64,000 nt of DNA from Pseudomonas phage BRkr. Positions 18,190 to 26,949 of this stretch are shown piece by piece. Below the pieces are notes generated by a model that saw nothing but the letters and a program-made list of their open reading frames with translations, was not told the origin of the DNA and did no database searches. The translations under genes were made by a program, and so were the position numbers. The DNA lies in the sequence record LC765218.1; one strand, given 5' to 3'. Position 1 is the first letter of the stretch. The number at the start of each line of letters is the position of its first letter.

Positions 18190-19656
18190 ATGGGTCTATA
18201 TGCTCAGGTTGTCAATCATGACGAGATGCTCGCTAACCAAAGAGGTAAAGTAGTATTCGCTAATGACTTTAATACCAGCAATGCTGAACAAAAGGAGGAA
18301 TTCCAACGTTATCTGTTCTCCCATTATCAGGATGCAGATGCGATCGAGAACTCAGCTTCGTGTGACTGTGAGCATATCACAGAAGCATACAAGCTTGGGG
18401 TAATCTGCGATAACTGCGGTACACCAGTAGTAAGCACGAGCAACCGACCCATCGTTCCATCGATGTGGATTCGGGCACCGGAAGGGGTGGATCGTCTGGT
18501 GAGTCCCGAGTTGTGGATTATGCTTTCAGGTTATATGTCGATGAAAGAATTCGACTTCCTGGAGTATCTGACCAACACCCAGTATCAGTACGATTACGAT
18601 ACGATCAGTTCGAAGGAAACAAAACGGAAACTTGACAAGTTGCTGGCTCGCCAGTTCCCGCGTGGACTGAACAACTTCGTTCAGAACTTCGATACGATCT
18701 TCCAGTTCTTGCTCGATAGCAGTATCATCAATACCAACAAAGGTGAGATGGCTGCATTCGTTAACCAGAATAAAGAACATCTGTTCCCGAAGAACATTCC
18801 GATCCCAACTAAACTCTGCTTCGTTGTAGAGTCTACGACCTCGGGTGTTTACATCGATAAGCCGATCGGCGCAGCAATCGATGCGGTACTGACTATTAGT
18901 AGTATCGGTAGTTCGGCAATTCCGCTGAAACCAATCACTGTACAAAACCGTGTAGCTCGTGCATTGAAGCTTCTAGCTATCTTCCACGAGAACTACGACA
19001 AACAACGAATTGCACAGAAACCCGGTTTGGTTCGTCGACATGTACTAGGTGGTCGTCTTAACCTGACTGCACGTGCAGTAATTACTTCTATCAGTGATCC
19101 GCATGATTACGATGAACTTCACATTCCGTGGGGTGTTGGTTGTCAGCTGTTGAAGTATCATCTGATCAACAAGCTCAAACGCAAATTCCGTATGACGACT
19201 CGCCAAGCGAACTCGTTCATTTACGAGAACGTTCTGAAGTACAACGAAGTCATCGATCAACTGTTCAAAGAGATCATCGCGGAATCGAAGTATAAGGGTC
19301 TTCCTTGTGTATTCCACCGCAACCCGACTCTGCAACGTGGTTCGACTCAACAGTTCTTCATCACCGTTATCAAGAATGACATTCGCGATAACTCAATCAG
19401 CATGTCGGTCCTCTGTCTTAAAGCTCCTAATGCTGATTTCGACGGCGATCAGTTGAATTTGACGTTGATGCCCGATAACTATCTGGCTGATGCAACTGAG
19501 CGAATCGCTCCGCATACTTGGGTACTAAGTCCTGATGATCCGCACGAGATCTCGGGTAACTTGGAACTACAAGGTCCGGTAGTAGAGACCATCATCAACT
19601 ATGCTCACGAGGACTATCTTCCGTCCTTGGAAGAATGGTTGGCGAAAGCAGCTTAA
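18190..19656 (+). CDS. multisubunit RNA polymerase beta-prime, N-terminal fragment
   Basis: N-terminal zinc finger (CDCEH...CDNCG), GGRLNLTARAVITS region resembling beta-prime RFSGRSVI, and the catalytic NADFDGD motif (KAPNADFDGDQLNL); 488 aa, ending shortly after the active site, as in split phage RNAPs. Confidence 0.85.
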   Translation: MGLYAQVVNHDEMLANQRGKVVFANDFNTSNAEQKEEFQRYLFSHYQDADAIENSASCDCEHITEAYKLGVICDNCGTPVVSTSNRPIVPSMWIRAPEGVDRLVSPELWIMLSGYMSMKEFDFLEYLTNTQYQYDYDTISSKETKRKLDKLLARQFPRGLNNFVQNFDTIFQFLLDSSIINTNKGEMAAFVNQNKEHLFPKNIPIPTKLCFVVESTTSGVYIDKPIGAAIDAVLTISSIGSSAIPLKPITVQNRVARALKLLAIFHENYDKQRIAQKPGLVRRHVLGGRLNLTARAVITSISDPHDYDELHIPWGVGCQLLKYHLINKLKRKFRMTTRQANSFIYENVLKYNEVIDQLFKEIIAESKYKGLPCVFHRNPTLQRGSTQQFFITVIKNDIRDNSISMSVLCLKAPNADFDGDQLNLTLMPDNYLADATERIAPHTWVLSPDDPHEISGNLELQGPVVETIINYAHEDYLPSLEEWLAKAA

Positions 19657-19676
19657 CGATCCAAGAGGAGTAATCC

Positions 19677-20291
19677 ATGTTACAACAGGCATACGGCGTC
19701 GATCTGATGGACATCGTCGCTGGTGGCCATCTGGATCAAAATACCACGAACTGGTTGGGTGAACGTTCTCAGACACTTCGTAGTAACCTGAGTTCGATGG
19801 CAACTTCGTTCTTCGATCAAGCACAAAATCTTTACCAGATGATCAGTACCAGCACAGCGGTACAGGCGATGCGGAACATTGTTGCTAAAACGGATAACAG
19901 TTGGATGTCTAACAACATTCATGGACTGTATACGTTAGAGCAATTGCAAACCGCAAATCCGATCATGCAACGATACATCATGGCACAAGAACGCCTGCGT
20001 GGTATGTATCTGAACAACATGGTTGAAGGTTATGCTGATTCGTATGTAAACCATCATGGTGATCGTGTTGGCGAACGCCATTACGATTATCGTCGTGTGA
20101 TGGACGAAGTACTGGTTGTCAATGATGACCACACCGTAGTCAAGCAGTTCTACGAAGAAATCCCAGAAGGTGATAAAGAGCTTTCTCTCTACGAGAAGGT
20201 TGATATTCTCCGTTCATGGAATCTTGTGAATGTTGCTCTAGATGAAAACGAAATGGATCCAACCAGTCCTGTAGGGAACTTGTTGGGTTAA
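19677..20291 (+). CDS. hypothetical protein
   Basis: 204 aa; AGAGGAG RBS; ends at a hairpin+TTTATAACG element. Confidence 0.55.
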   Translation: MLQQAYGVDLMDIVAGGHLDQNTTNWLGERSQTLRSNLSSMATSFFDQAQNLYQMISTSTAVQAMRNIVAKTDNSWMSNNIHGLYTLEQLQTANPIMQRYIMAQERLRGMYLNNMVEGYADSYVNHHGDRVGERHYDYRRVMDEVLVVNDDHTVVKQFYEEIPEGDKELSLYEKVDILRSWNLVNVALDENEMDPTSPVGNLLG

Positions 20292-20301
20292 CAACATAAA
20301 C

Positions 20302-20330
20302 GGAGTCCCTTAGGGGACTCCTTTATAACG
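20302..20330 (+). terminator. hairpin + CTTTATAACG element (aacataaa left flank)
   Basis: acaacataaac-ggagtccc-ttag-gggactcc-tttataacg. Confidence 0.5.
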
Positions 20331-20349
20331 AGGATATAAGGAATTTAGT

Positions 20350-20772
20350 ATGATCGAACCGGTGTCGTTTAAGGCCGATCCTAATAAAGCACGTCGCCCT
20401 ATTCTCGATAGTTACGCTCAAAAAATACAAGCTCAAAAAGGGCGTATGAATGTAGTAACTTACTGTGCCAATAACCCCGATAAGATGGTTAAGATACATC
20501 GCGACGGTAATAAATGGTATTGTTGTATTGAACGTGATGGCGTCGAAGTAATTGACAAAAATGAAATAATTGTCATGGGTCCCCCTGGATTCCCAGATAC
20601 GATTCAATTACAGATTTCCAATGACCCTAATGATAAAGTACATTTCGTGGAAATTCATGATGGTCGTATTTGGGAAGCAATCAACGCTATCGGTGGCGGC
20701 TATACCCGAAAAAGGATTGAGTTGCCATTCGGACATCCTTTCTTAGACTTCCTTTTCGTGGAGTCCGATTGA
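20350..20772 (+). CDS. hypothetical protein
   Basis: 140 aa; AAGGAA RBS. Confidence 0.5.
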   Translation: MIEPVSFKADPNKARRPILDSYAQKIQAQKGRMNVVTYCANNPDKMVKIHRDGNKWYCCIERDGVEVIDKNEIIVMGPPGFPDTIQLQISNDPNDKVHFVEIHDGRIWEAINAIGGGYTRKRIELPFGHPFLDFLFVESD

Positions 20773-20789
20773 GTCCAATGATGTAGTTA

Positions 20790-20832
20790 GCGGAGTCTTA
20801 GGACTCCGCATACTTTCCTATTATTTTTTTTT
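20790..20832 (+). terminator. rho-independent terminator
   Basis: gcggagtc-ttag-gactccgc, 11-nt spacer, then ttatttttttttt. Confidence 0.55.
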
Positions 20833-20841
20833 GGAGTTGCC

Positions 20842-21246
20842 ATGACAGTCTCTCTCCCAACACTAGGTACTGATGGTTGGATTACCTCAATGGAATCCAA
20901 AGCAGACTACATCATCTCTACTTTCCTTACAACAAATAGGTCCATGTCAACGTTACATAGGACACAAAATACTTCGCTTCAATATCTACTGAAGGAATAT
21001 GCTAACGATATCCTTAATCTGGAAATTCAGCTTCGTGATGTACTAACAAATAAACTACGAACCGTGTTTGGTGAATCAGCTCAGGCTTTGGTTAGTATTG
21101 TTCCAGCGAGTCCAGATAATCCGGATGCATTCTCCATTCAGTTTACAGGTATAGTCACTGATGGTACTAAAGAGTATACAGTGGGTAAACTGGTTCAATT
21201 CCAAAATTCACACATTGTGAATATTGCTAATATCAACAACGGGTAA
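20842..21246 (+). CDS. hypothetical protein
   Basis: 134 aa; GGAG RBS. Confidence 0.5.
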   Translation: MTVSLPTLGTDGWITSMESKADYIISTFLTTNRSMSTLHRTQNTSLQYLLKEYANDILNLEIQLRDVLTNKLRTVFGESAQALVSIVPASPDNPDAFSIQFTGIVTDGTKEYTVGKLVQFQNSHIVNIANINNG

Positions 21247-21250
21247 ATAT

Positions 21251-21841
21251 ATGTCGAATCTTGATTCTCAAATGGAAGAAGCACAGGTACTGGTCGATGG
21301 GGAATCAGATGTTAAATCTGCTCCTGACCTTAATGAAACAGATGCACTCATTCAACGAGTGGAACATCTTAATCGCACGGTAGAACGGCTGAGCGAAAGG
21401 CTTCATGTTTCTGAAAAGGCTATTAAACAAATTTTGGAAGCACTGACCCAATCGGAAGATCTACATGAACTCCGTGTCATTAAGATTCTCTCTAGTTTCT
21501 TTGGTGGGTTGAATAATAGCCTTCGTGAAAGTCTTGAGCATATGACTCAAGAAGTATCCACACGTCGTTATGGTTTTACTATTGAAGTTGTTGATGGTGT
21601 TAACGTAACGGCACACGAGAATAGTGTAATTGCAACCAAACGAGAAGATGGTGGTATTGATTTCGCATCTATTAATACCCCCGATCAAATCCAAAACCAT
21701 GGAACCGAACCATTCGTTCAATACCTGAAGCAACATGATGAACTGTTTGAAGGTCAGAATGCAATCGTCATTAATATCCTTGCTTCTAAAGATGCACTTG
21801 AAAAAGTACAAGGAGAATTGAATGAGCCAGTATCAAACTGA
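21251..21841 (+). CDS. hypothetical protein
   Basis: ORF 21224-21841 trimmed to ATG 21251, just after the upstream stop. Confidence 0.5.
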   Translation: MSNLDSQMEEAQVLVDGESDVKSAPDLNETDALIQRVEHLNRTVERLSERLHVSEKAIKQILEALTQSEDLHELRVIKILSSFFGGLNNSLRESLEHMTQEVSTRRYGFTIEVVDGVNVTAHENSVIATKREDGGIDFASINTPDQIQNHGTEPFVQYLKQHDELFEGQNAIVINILASKDALEKVQGELNEPVSN

Positions 21842-22433
21842 TACAGCTGAAGAAATCCGCGCACGTCATGTAACGCGTGGAATCGATGATTGTCTGAATA
21901 CAATCATCGCAAACGACGAGATGCAGTTGCCCATTATCCTGGAAGACAGGTTTGTGAAAGAGGTCTTACCCCTACTAGTAAGACCATGGGATACTGATAA
22001 CTTAACCCGTTATCGGAAATACGTACTAGAATTGACAAATCCTCTGCGTGTAGCTTCTAATGAAGCAGAGCCGAAGATTCTTTTTACGGTACCAGCTTTG
22101 TATCCCAGGCCAGCTACCTCATGGGCAGCCGATGCTACAACTGCATCTATTTCACATGTAGTAGATTACATTGCTATTGAACGTGAACGGTCTCTGCAAG
22201 ATCTTGAACCGTATATCACGGAATTCTTAAGTAGTGTATCTATTACTACAACCGTGGACAAAAGTGTTCTCATTCCTTTAGCTAACATCCTGGCGATGTA
22301 CAACCGCACTTTCGAAGATGAAAGTGGGAATCCATTGTACACCCTCGCCGGGGGTGTTCCCGTTAAAGGGTCTAATGGTAGTGTACGTCAACAGGCTGAT
22401 ACAAGCTCATTTGACGACGATTATGAAGACTGA
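21822..22433 (+). CDS. hypothetical protein
   Basis: 203 aa; AAGGAGAA RBS. Confidence 0.5.
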   Translation: MSQYQTDTAEEIRARHVTRGIDDCLNTIIANDEMQLPIILEDRFVKEVLPLLVRPWDTDNLTRYRKYVLELTNPLRVASNEAEPKILFTVPALYPRPATSWAADATTASISHVVDYIAIERERSLQDLEPYITEFLSSVSITTTVDKSVLIPLANILAMYNRTFEDESGNPLYTLAGGVPVKGSNGSVRQQADTSSFDDDYED

Positions 22434-23568
22434 TAAAACAAAGTTCCCCGGTACATTTCGATATATAAGCCTAGGTGATATTCACCTAGGTCATCGGACA
22501 ACTCCTACCTCTCATATTCTGTTAAACTTAGATAAAGTTATTACAGATAAGATGTTAAAGGAACTCGATATGGTCATTATTACTGGTGACCTATTCGACC
22601 GACAGCTTAACTACGGTGATGAATCTGTACATCAGATAAACCGTTGGGCAACAACGTTCATGATGCGCTGCGCTGCAAATAACGTGATGCTCAGAATAGT
22701 TGAAGGTACACCTAGCCATGATAGGGAACAAACCCAGTTCTTTGTAGAGCAAAAAGTAAACGTAAATATTCCAGTCGATCTCCATTACTCTAAGACACTG
22801 TCAATTGAGTATATTGAGAAGCTCGATGCACATTTTCTTTATGTCCCAGATAAATGGCATCCATCAACAGCTGTTACTTTATCGCAGGTAAAAGAACAGA
22901 TGGCTTCACTGGGCATAGAGAAGGTTGACTTTGCTATTATGCATGGTGCATTTAGTTATCAGCTACCTTCCATTGTAGAAGAACCAACTCACGATGAAGA
23001 AGAATACTTAGCTTTAGTAAAACATCAGATCTTAATTGGTCATGTCCACAACATGACTATTAATGATAGAATTTACGCAGCTGGTTCTTTCGATCGAATC
23101 TGTCATGGCGATGAGATCGATAAAGGGTTGTTTCATTTTATCGTTCGTGAGGATGGTAATTTCACGGCGACATTTATAAAGAACAAGAATGCTAAGAAGT
23201 ATGTTACTTTAGAAGTTCACGGTTATGATACTAAACAACTTCTTAATAAAGTAAAAGAAACCTTAGCAGAACTACCCAAGTATTCTGCTATACGACTGCG
23301 TTGTGACCCAATGGACGTAGCTAACGGCGATATCGAAACATTTCGAGTTGAGTATCCTAACTACGAATGGTCTGTCTTGGTGGAAAAAGCTACTAAGAAA
23401 AAGAATAGTGTAGCGACAAGTCTAAAAGAATTTGACATGTCTAAGTTTATCGCTATTACACCAGAGACAATTAGTGATCTTCTTAAAGAAGAGATTTCAA
23501 AAGTCACTGATGATCAGACCATACAAGTCCGTTGTCTTGAAAGGTTGGCACAGTTCGTTAGGAATTAA
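22423..23568 (+). CDS. Mre11/SbcD-like calcineurin-family metallophosphoesterase (putative recombination nuclease)
   Basis: Phosphoesterase motifs in order: GDIHLG (I), ITGDLFD (II), GTPSHD (III), AIMHGAF (IV), IGHVHN (V); start taken at ATG 22423 (MKTDKTK), overlapping the upstream stop. Confidence 0.65.
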   Translation: MKTDKTKFPGTFRYISLGDIHLGHRTTPTSHILLNLDKVITDKMLKELDMVIITGDLFDRQLNYGDESVHQINRWATTFMMRCAANNVMLRIVEGTPSHDREQTQFFVEQKVNVNIPVDLHYSKTLSIEYIEKLDAHFLYVPDKWHPSTAVTLSQVKEQMASLGIEKVDFAIMHGAFSYQLPSIVEEPTHDEEEYLALVKHQILIGHVHNMTINDRIYAAGSFDRICHGDEIDKGLFHFIVREDGNFTATFIKNKNAKKYVTLEVHGYDTKQLLNKVKETLAELPKYSAIRLRCDPMDVANGDIETFRVEYPNYEWSVLVEKATKKKNSVATSLKEFDMSKFIAITPETISDLLKEEISKVTDDQTIQVRCLERLAQFVRN

Positions 23569-23570
23569 AT

Positions 23571-24398
23571 ATGGAACTCATTGAAAGAGATGTCGGACAG
23601 CTTCCAGTTAGTATCGGTACTTCTCTTGCCTTTGAGGGATTCTTAGGAATTCACCCGAATCAACCTAAGCATCCGATTGACGTTAAATCGGTAAAAGAGA
23701 TATGGGTCAATCTTCGAACATTGGCCCGTAATCTTAATTCAGCTGTAGCTACGGATAAAGTCCATGGCATTAATCCAGCTGATGCTGTTACAATCCTAAT
23801 GCAGGAAATACAGACAATTCCGGTTGCACTGGGGCAACATGGATCGAAAGTCAAGGTGCGTTGGTATATCGCATCTAAAGACGCGGTCAAGTGGGAATAC
23901 CCCAAGGCTATTTATAAAGAAGCCAAAACGCCAAAACAAATGGCATATGAAGTATACGAACGTTACGCGGCAATTGAACTTCTGCATCAAATGAAAGATG
24001 CAGGAATAGAAGTGATGGAGATCGATAAAGCTCCAGTAAGGACCCAAGGTACGATCGCTTTGGTTACCCATTTTCCACATGAGCTATTGTGGAAACAATA
24101 TTTCGATCGTCTTCTTTTGTTGGAATCCCACACTGGGAAAATAAAACCGTACAACTTGTGGTACACCAAGCTTAACGGCATAAAAGAGGATACGCCCATC
24201 CCATTCACTAAATTCACTCTACAAGTGTTTGGCGATAGCGTTGTTTTCGATGCACAACCAAAAGCTATTAAGGCCCAACTGAAACAGTTAGCTGCTTCGA
24301 GACGTTGGTCGCCTGTAACTACACAAGACAAAATCTATCATGACATTACAACTCATGGCAGTAAAGAACTTAAAGAATGTTACGCGCTATTACGCTGA
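23571..24398 (+). CDS. hypothetical protein
   Basis: 275 aa; AGGAA RBS; no Rad50/SbcC Walker A motif seen. Confidence 0.55.
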   Translation: MELIERDVGQLPVSIGTSLAFEGFLGIHPNQPKHPIDVKSVKEIWVNLRTLARNLNSAVATDKVHGINPADAVTILMQEIQTIPVALGQHGSKVKVRWYIASKDAVKWEYPKAIYKEAKTPKQMAYEVYERYAAIELLHQMKDAGIEVMEIDKAPVRTQGTIALVTHFPHELLWKQYFDRLLLLESHTGKIKPYNLWYTKLNGIKEDTPIPFTKFTLQVFGDSVVFDAQPKAIKAQLKQLAASRRWSPVTTQDKIYHDITTHGSKELKECYALLR

Positions 24399-24483
24399 TT
24401 AGAAAGAATACTCTTCATCGATATAGTACGTAGAAACACTTTCGCGAAGTGTAAAAAATTAATCCAATTGGAGCTAACACATC

Positions 24484-25230
24484 ATGTCTCAACAATCCCA
24501 AGGCCCTGCCCTCTCTCCGTTCTCTGTAATGTCCACTTGGCTACATGCTGATCCGGTAGAAGGTTCTCAGAAACGTCCTAACCTGCGTTTCGGTGTCTTT
24601 GGTAACGTACCTCGCCTGACCGTACGTACTAACGTTCAAGGTGATCTGAATAACGGTAAGATTGAATTCAAAACTGACCTGGCTACTTTTGCAGCTGCAA
24701 TGAAGTATGCACGGGATCTTGTCGATGGTAAAGATGTTCCTCAAGAACGTAAGTTTGTTCACCAAGATGACTTTGTTGGCGGTAAAAAGATCGATAAGAT
24801 CATTCCGATCACCACACTGGTAATCGGCCGCGAACAGAACTCTGGTCGTATTTACATTGCTCTTATCTCTTCTCAGCAACAGCGCCCGCGTATTCGGTTC
24901 TTCTTCGGTCCGTCGAAATATCACACCATCCTGAATGGTGATGGTTCCCCCATCTCTCCGAAAGAGATGTCCGAAGCTTACGCTACCGGTTTCCTGGAAC
25001 CGGCCACTGCAATCATTTACCAGATGATGGTAAGCAGTTTTGACCAGAACGCTAAGAACGTAGCCAACCCAGCTAACTTTGGTAACGGTGGCGGCGGTGG
25101 TCAACGTCAAGGTGGCTATAATGGCGGCAACCGTGGTGGTAATAGCGGTGGTGCTCCTCAAGGTTACAATCGTCCGTCCTCCGGTGGTTTCCAGGACAAT
25201 GGCTTTGACGATTCCATTCCTGACTTCTAA
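24484..25230 (+). CDS. single-stranded DNA-binding-like protein (Gly/Asn/Gln-rich linker, acidic C-terminal tip DDSIPDF)
   Basis: C-terminus GGGGGQRQGGYNGGNRGG...FDDSIPDF mirrors the SSB tail (E. coli ends DFDDDIPF); N-terminal 170 aa not recognisably a classical OB fold by eye; host-like codon usage; followed by a 12-bp stem-loop. Confidence 0.5.
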   Translation: MSQQSQGPALSPFSVMSTWLHADPVEGSQKRPNLRFGVFGNVPRLTVRTNVQGDLNNGKIEFKTDLATFAAAMKYARDLVDGKDVPQERKFVHQDDFVGGKKIDKIIPITTLVIGREQNSGRIYIALISSQQQRPRIRFFFGPSKYHTILNGDGSPISPKEMSEAYATGFLEPATAIIYQMMVSSFDQNAKNVANPANFGNGGGGGQRQGGYNGGNRGGNSGGAPQGYNRPSSGGFQDNGFDDSIPDF

Positions 25231-25237
25231 ATAAATC

Positions 25238-25274
25238 TACAGCATCTCTTTGGTAAACACCGAGAGATGCTGTA
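25238..25274 (+). terminator. 12-bp stem-loop after the SSB-like gene
   Basis: tacagcatctct / agagatgctgta with a 13-nt loop; no strong U-tract. Confidence 0.35.
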
Positions 25275-25310
25275 TGCCCTCTATTTCCTGACATTAAAAA
25301 ATATCTCAGA

Positions 25311-25320
25311 TCTATATTAC
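25311..25320 (+). promoter_or_regulatory. early-promoter-like motif TCTATATTAC
   Basis: aaaaaatatctcagaTCTATATTACaactgtg, 33 nt upstream of ATG 25353. Confidence 0.5.
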
Positions 25321-25352
25321 AACTGTGCATCACCAGAACTAAAGAGGTATAA

Positions 25353-26930
25353 ATGCGCATCGACGTTACTGGGGTACAAGGCAACGGCTTTGTGGAAGTA
25401 ACCACTAGCCATAAAGGAAACGAAATCAAGTGGAGTACAAGGGCTTATAGCAAAGTAAAACTCAATGATCCAACTCGTGTTTTCAAGGAATTTAATGATT
25501 ACCTAGAAAGCTGCGATGAGGCTGATCAAGATCGTATCTGGAACAGCTATGTCAAAATCAACGATCTGTTCAAGATGGACTTCGAACCGGCGCACATCTC
25601 CAGTACGCTGATCCATTACATCCATGAACTGTACTCAGCTCTGCCAATGAACAAACTCCGTCGTTGGCTGTTGACTATTGGTAATCTGCATATTCCACCA
25701 GAGATCCAGAAAACGATCACTGATGAATCGCGCTACACCAAGCGTGAGCAGACTTATCTTCAACATGACTACATCAACCTCGCTACTGTGGCACTTGGTC
25801 TTCGACCGATGGTTCCGATTTGGGGAGAATACATTGATTCGGGTACGGATCAAGAACTCCACAAAGAAAACGAAGTTGTTGGTTTGATTAGCCGTTGTGA
25901 AATTGCTAACTGGCCGCTACTTGAAAAAGATGAAGTGGGTGAAGATGTAGATACTGCATTTGACAAACTGGAAGGGTACGTCAAATTCTGCGTTGAAGAT
26001 GAACCGACTACTTTGGGTAGCCTTTGGCGTGGTATGAGTTCAGTTGAAATTCCAGTACATCTTCGTTCGAAGGTTCTGGTTCGCCGACTGACAATCGTTC
26101 CTCTGAACGATCCAATGTCCCACTCTATCGTAGCTAACACGTTCCGTTACGTACGTAGCAATCTCAATCCTGCCGAGCGTAGTCCAACTGATCGCGTTAA
26201 TGAAAAGCGTCCAGAAGGCGGCGGTGGTGACGACGAAGATAAAACTTCGTTTATTGAGGCACACAAGACGAAAGGTCGAGTTAGCCCAGGTGACATTGAG
26301 GCATACAACATCGATGCGATGGATTATGAGCTACTGGCACAAACGGTAGATCCTACTATCGACATGGAGAAACTGAGAAAATGTATTAGTTGCGTGAGTC
26401 AGGTCGCGAACTTTGAGATCCGTCCTCACCAAGTACTACTGGCACAATGGGTAATGGCAAAAGCTTTCCCGGCGCGTGCTTTCTATCATATCTCCAAACT
26501 GCCAGTCAATACACTGTTGGCAACTACCCAGGCTCTACTGTGGCATTGGGGTTACCTTGATGTAGCTGTGTTCCTACAAGTCGAACCTGTTTATCACGGT
26601 GAACATGGATCGACTAATCAGCTTAGTAATACCCGAAGTGGTTCGAGAATTGCTCAGAAGTATAAGGCACAGCTCGATGAACTCTATCCGCATATGAAAC
26701 TCGCTAAGGTCCCCCAATCGGGAGAGATTCCTAAGCCAGATAACATGGCGGGTATTGCAGTGAATAACTGTAACCAGTCCATCCGCTCCTCTACTTGGAT
26801 CTATCATGGTCCACCTGAGCTGTTCAAGCTTTCTGGACAGATTGCTCAGAACAACATTCTGATTCCACCTCCAAATATCAAGCACACGATCACCGAAGTG
26901 GTTCTACACCTCGCTCAGATCAACCAGTAA
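25353..26930 (+). CDS. hypothetical protein
   Basis: 525 aa; AGAGG RBS; promoter-like motif 25311-25320; first gene of a block ending with the RNAP beta and beta-prime parts. Confidence 0.6.
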   Translation: MRIDVTGVQGNGFVEVTTSHKGNEIKWSTRAYSKVKLNDPTRVFKEFNDYLESCDEADQDRIWNSYVKINDLFKMDFEPAHISSTLIHYIHELYSALPMNKLRRWLLTIGNLHIPPEIQKTITDESRYTKREQTYLQHDYINLATVALGLRPMVPIWGEYIDSGTDQELHKENEVVGLISRCEIANWPLLEKDEVGEDVDTAFDKLEGYVKFCVEDEPTTLGSLWRGMSSVEIPVHLRSKVLVRRLTIVPLNDPMSHSIVANTFRYVRSNLNPAERSPTDRVNEKRPEGGGGDDEDKTSFIEAHKTKGRVSPGDIEAYNIDAMDYELLAQTVDPTIDMEKLRKCISCVSQVANFEIRPHQVLLAQWVMAKAFPARAFYHISKLPVNTLLATTQALLWHWGYLDVAVFLQVEPVYHGEHGSTNQLSNTRSGSRIAQKYKAQLDELYPHMKLAKVPQSGEIPKPDNMAGIAVNNCNQSIRSSTWIYHGPPELFKLSGQIAQNNILIPPPNIKHTITEVVLHLAQINQ

Positions 26931-26949
26931 AATTCAAGAGGTAAATTAC

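Noticed and set aside
24541-25161. 206-aa minus-strand ORF inside the SSB-like gene
   Set aside because: Antisense shadow ORF across a codon-biased gene; no start context.
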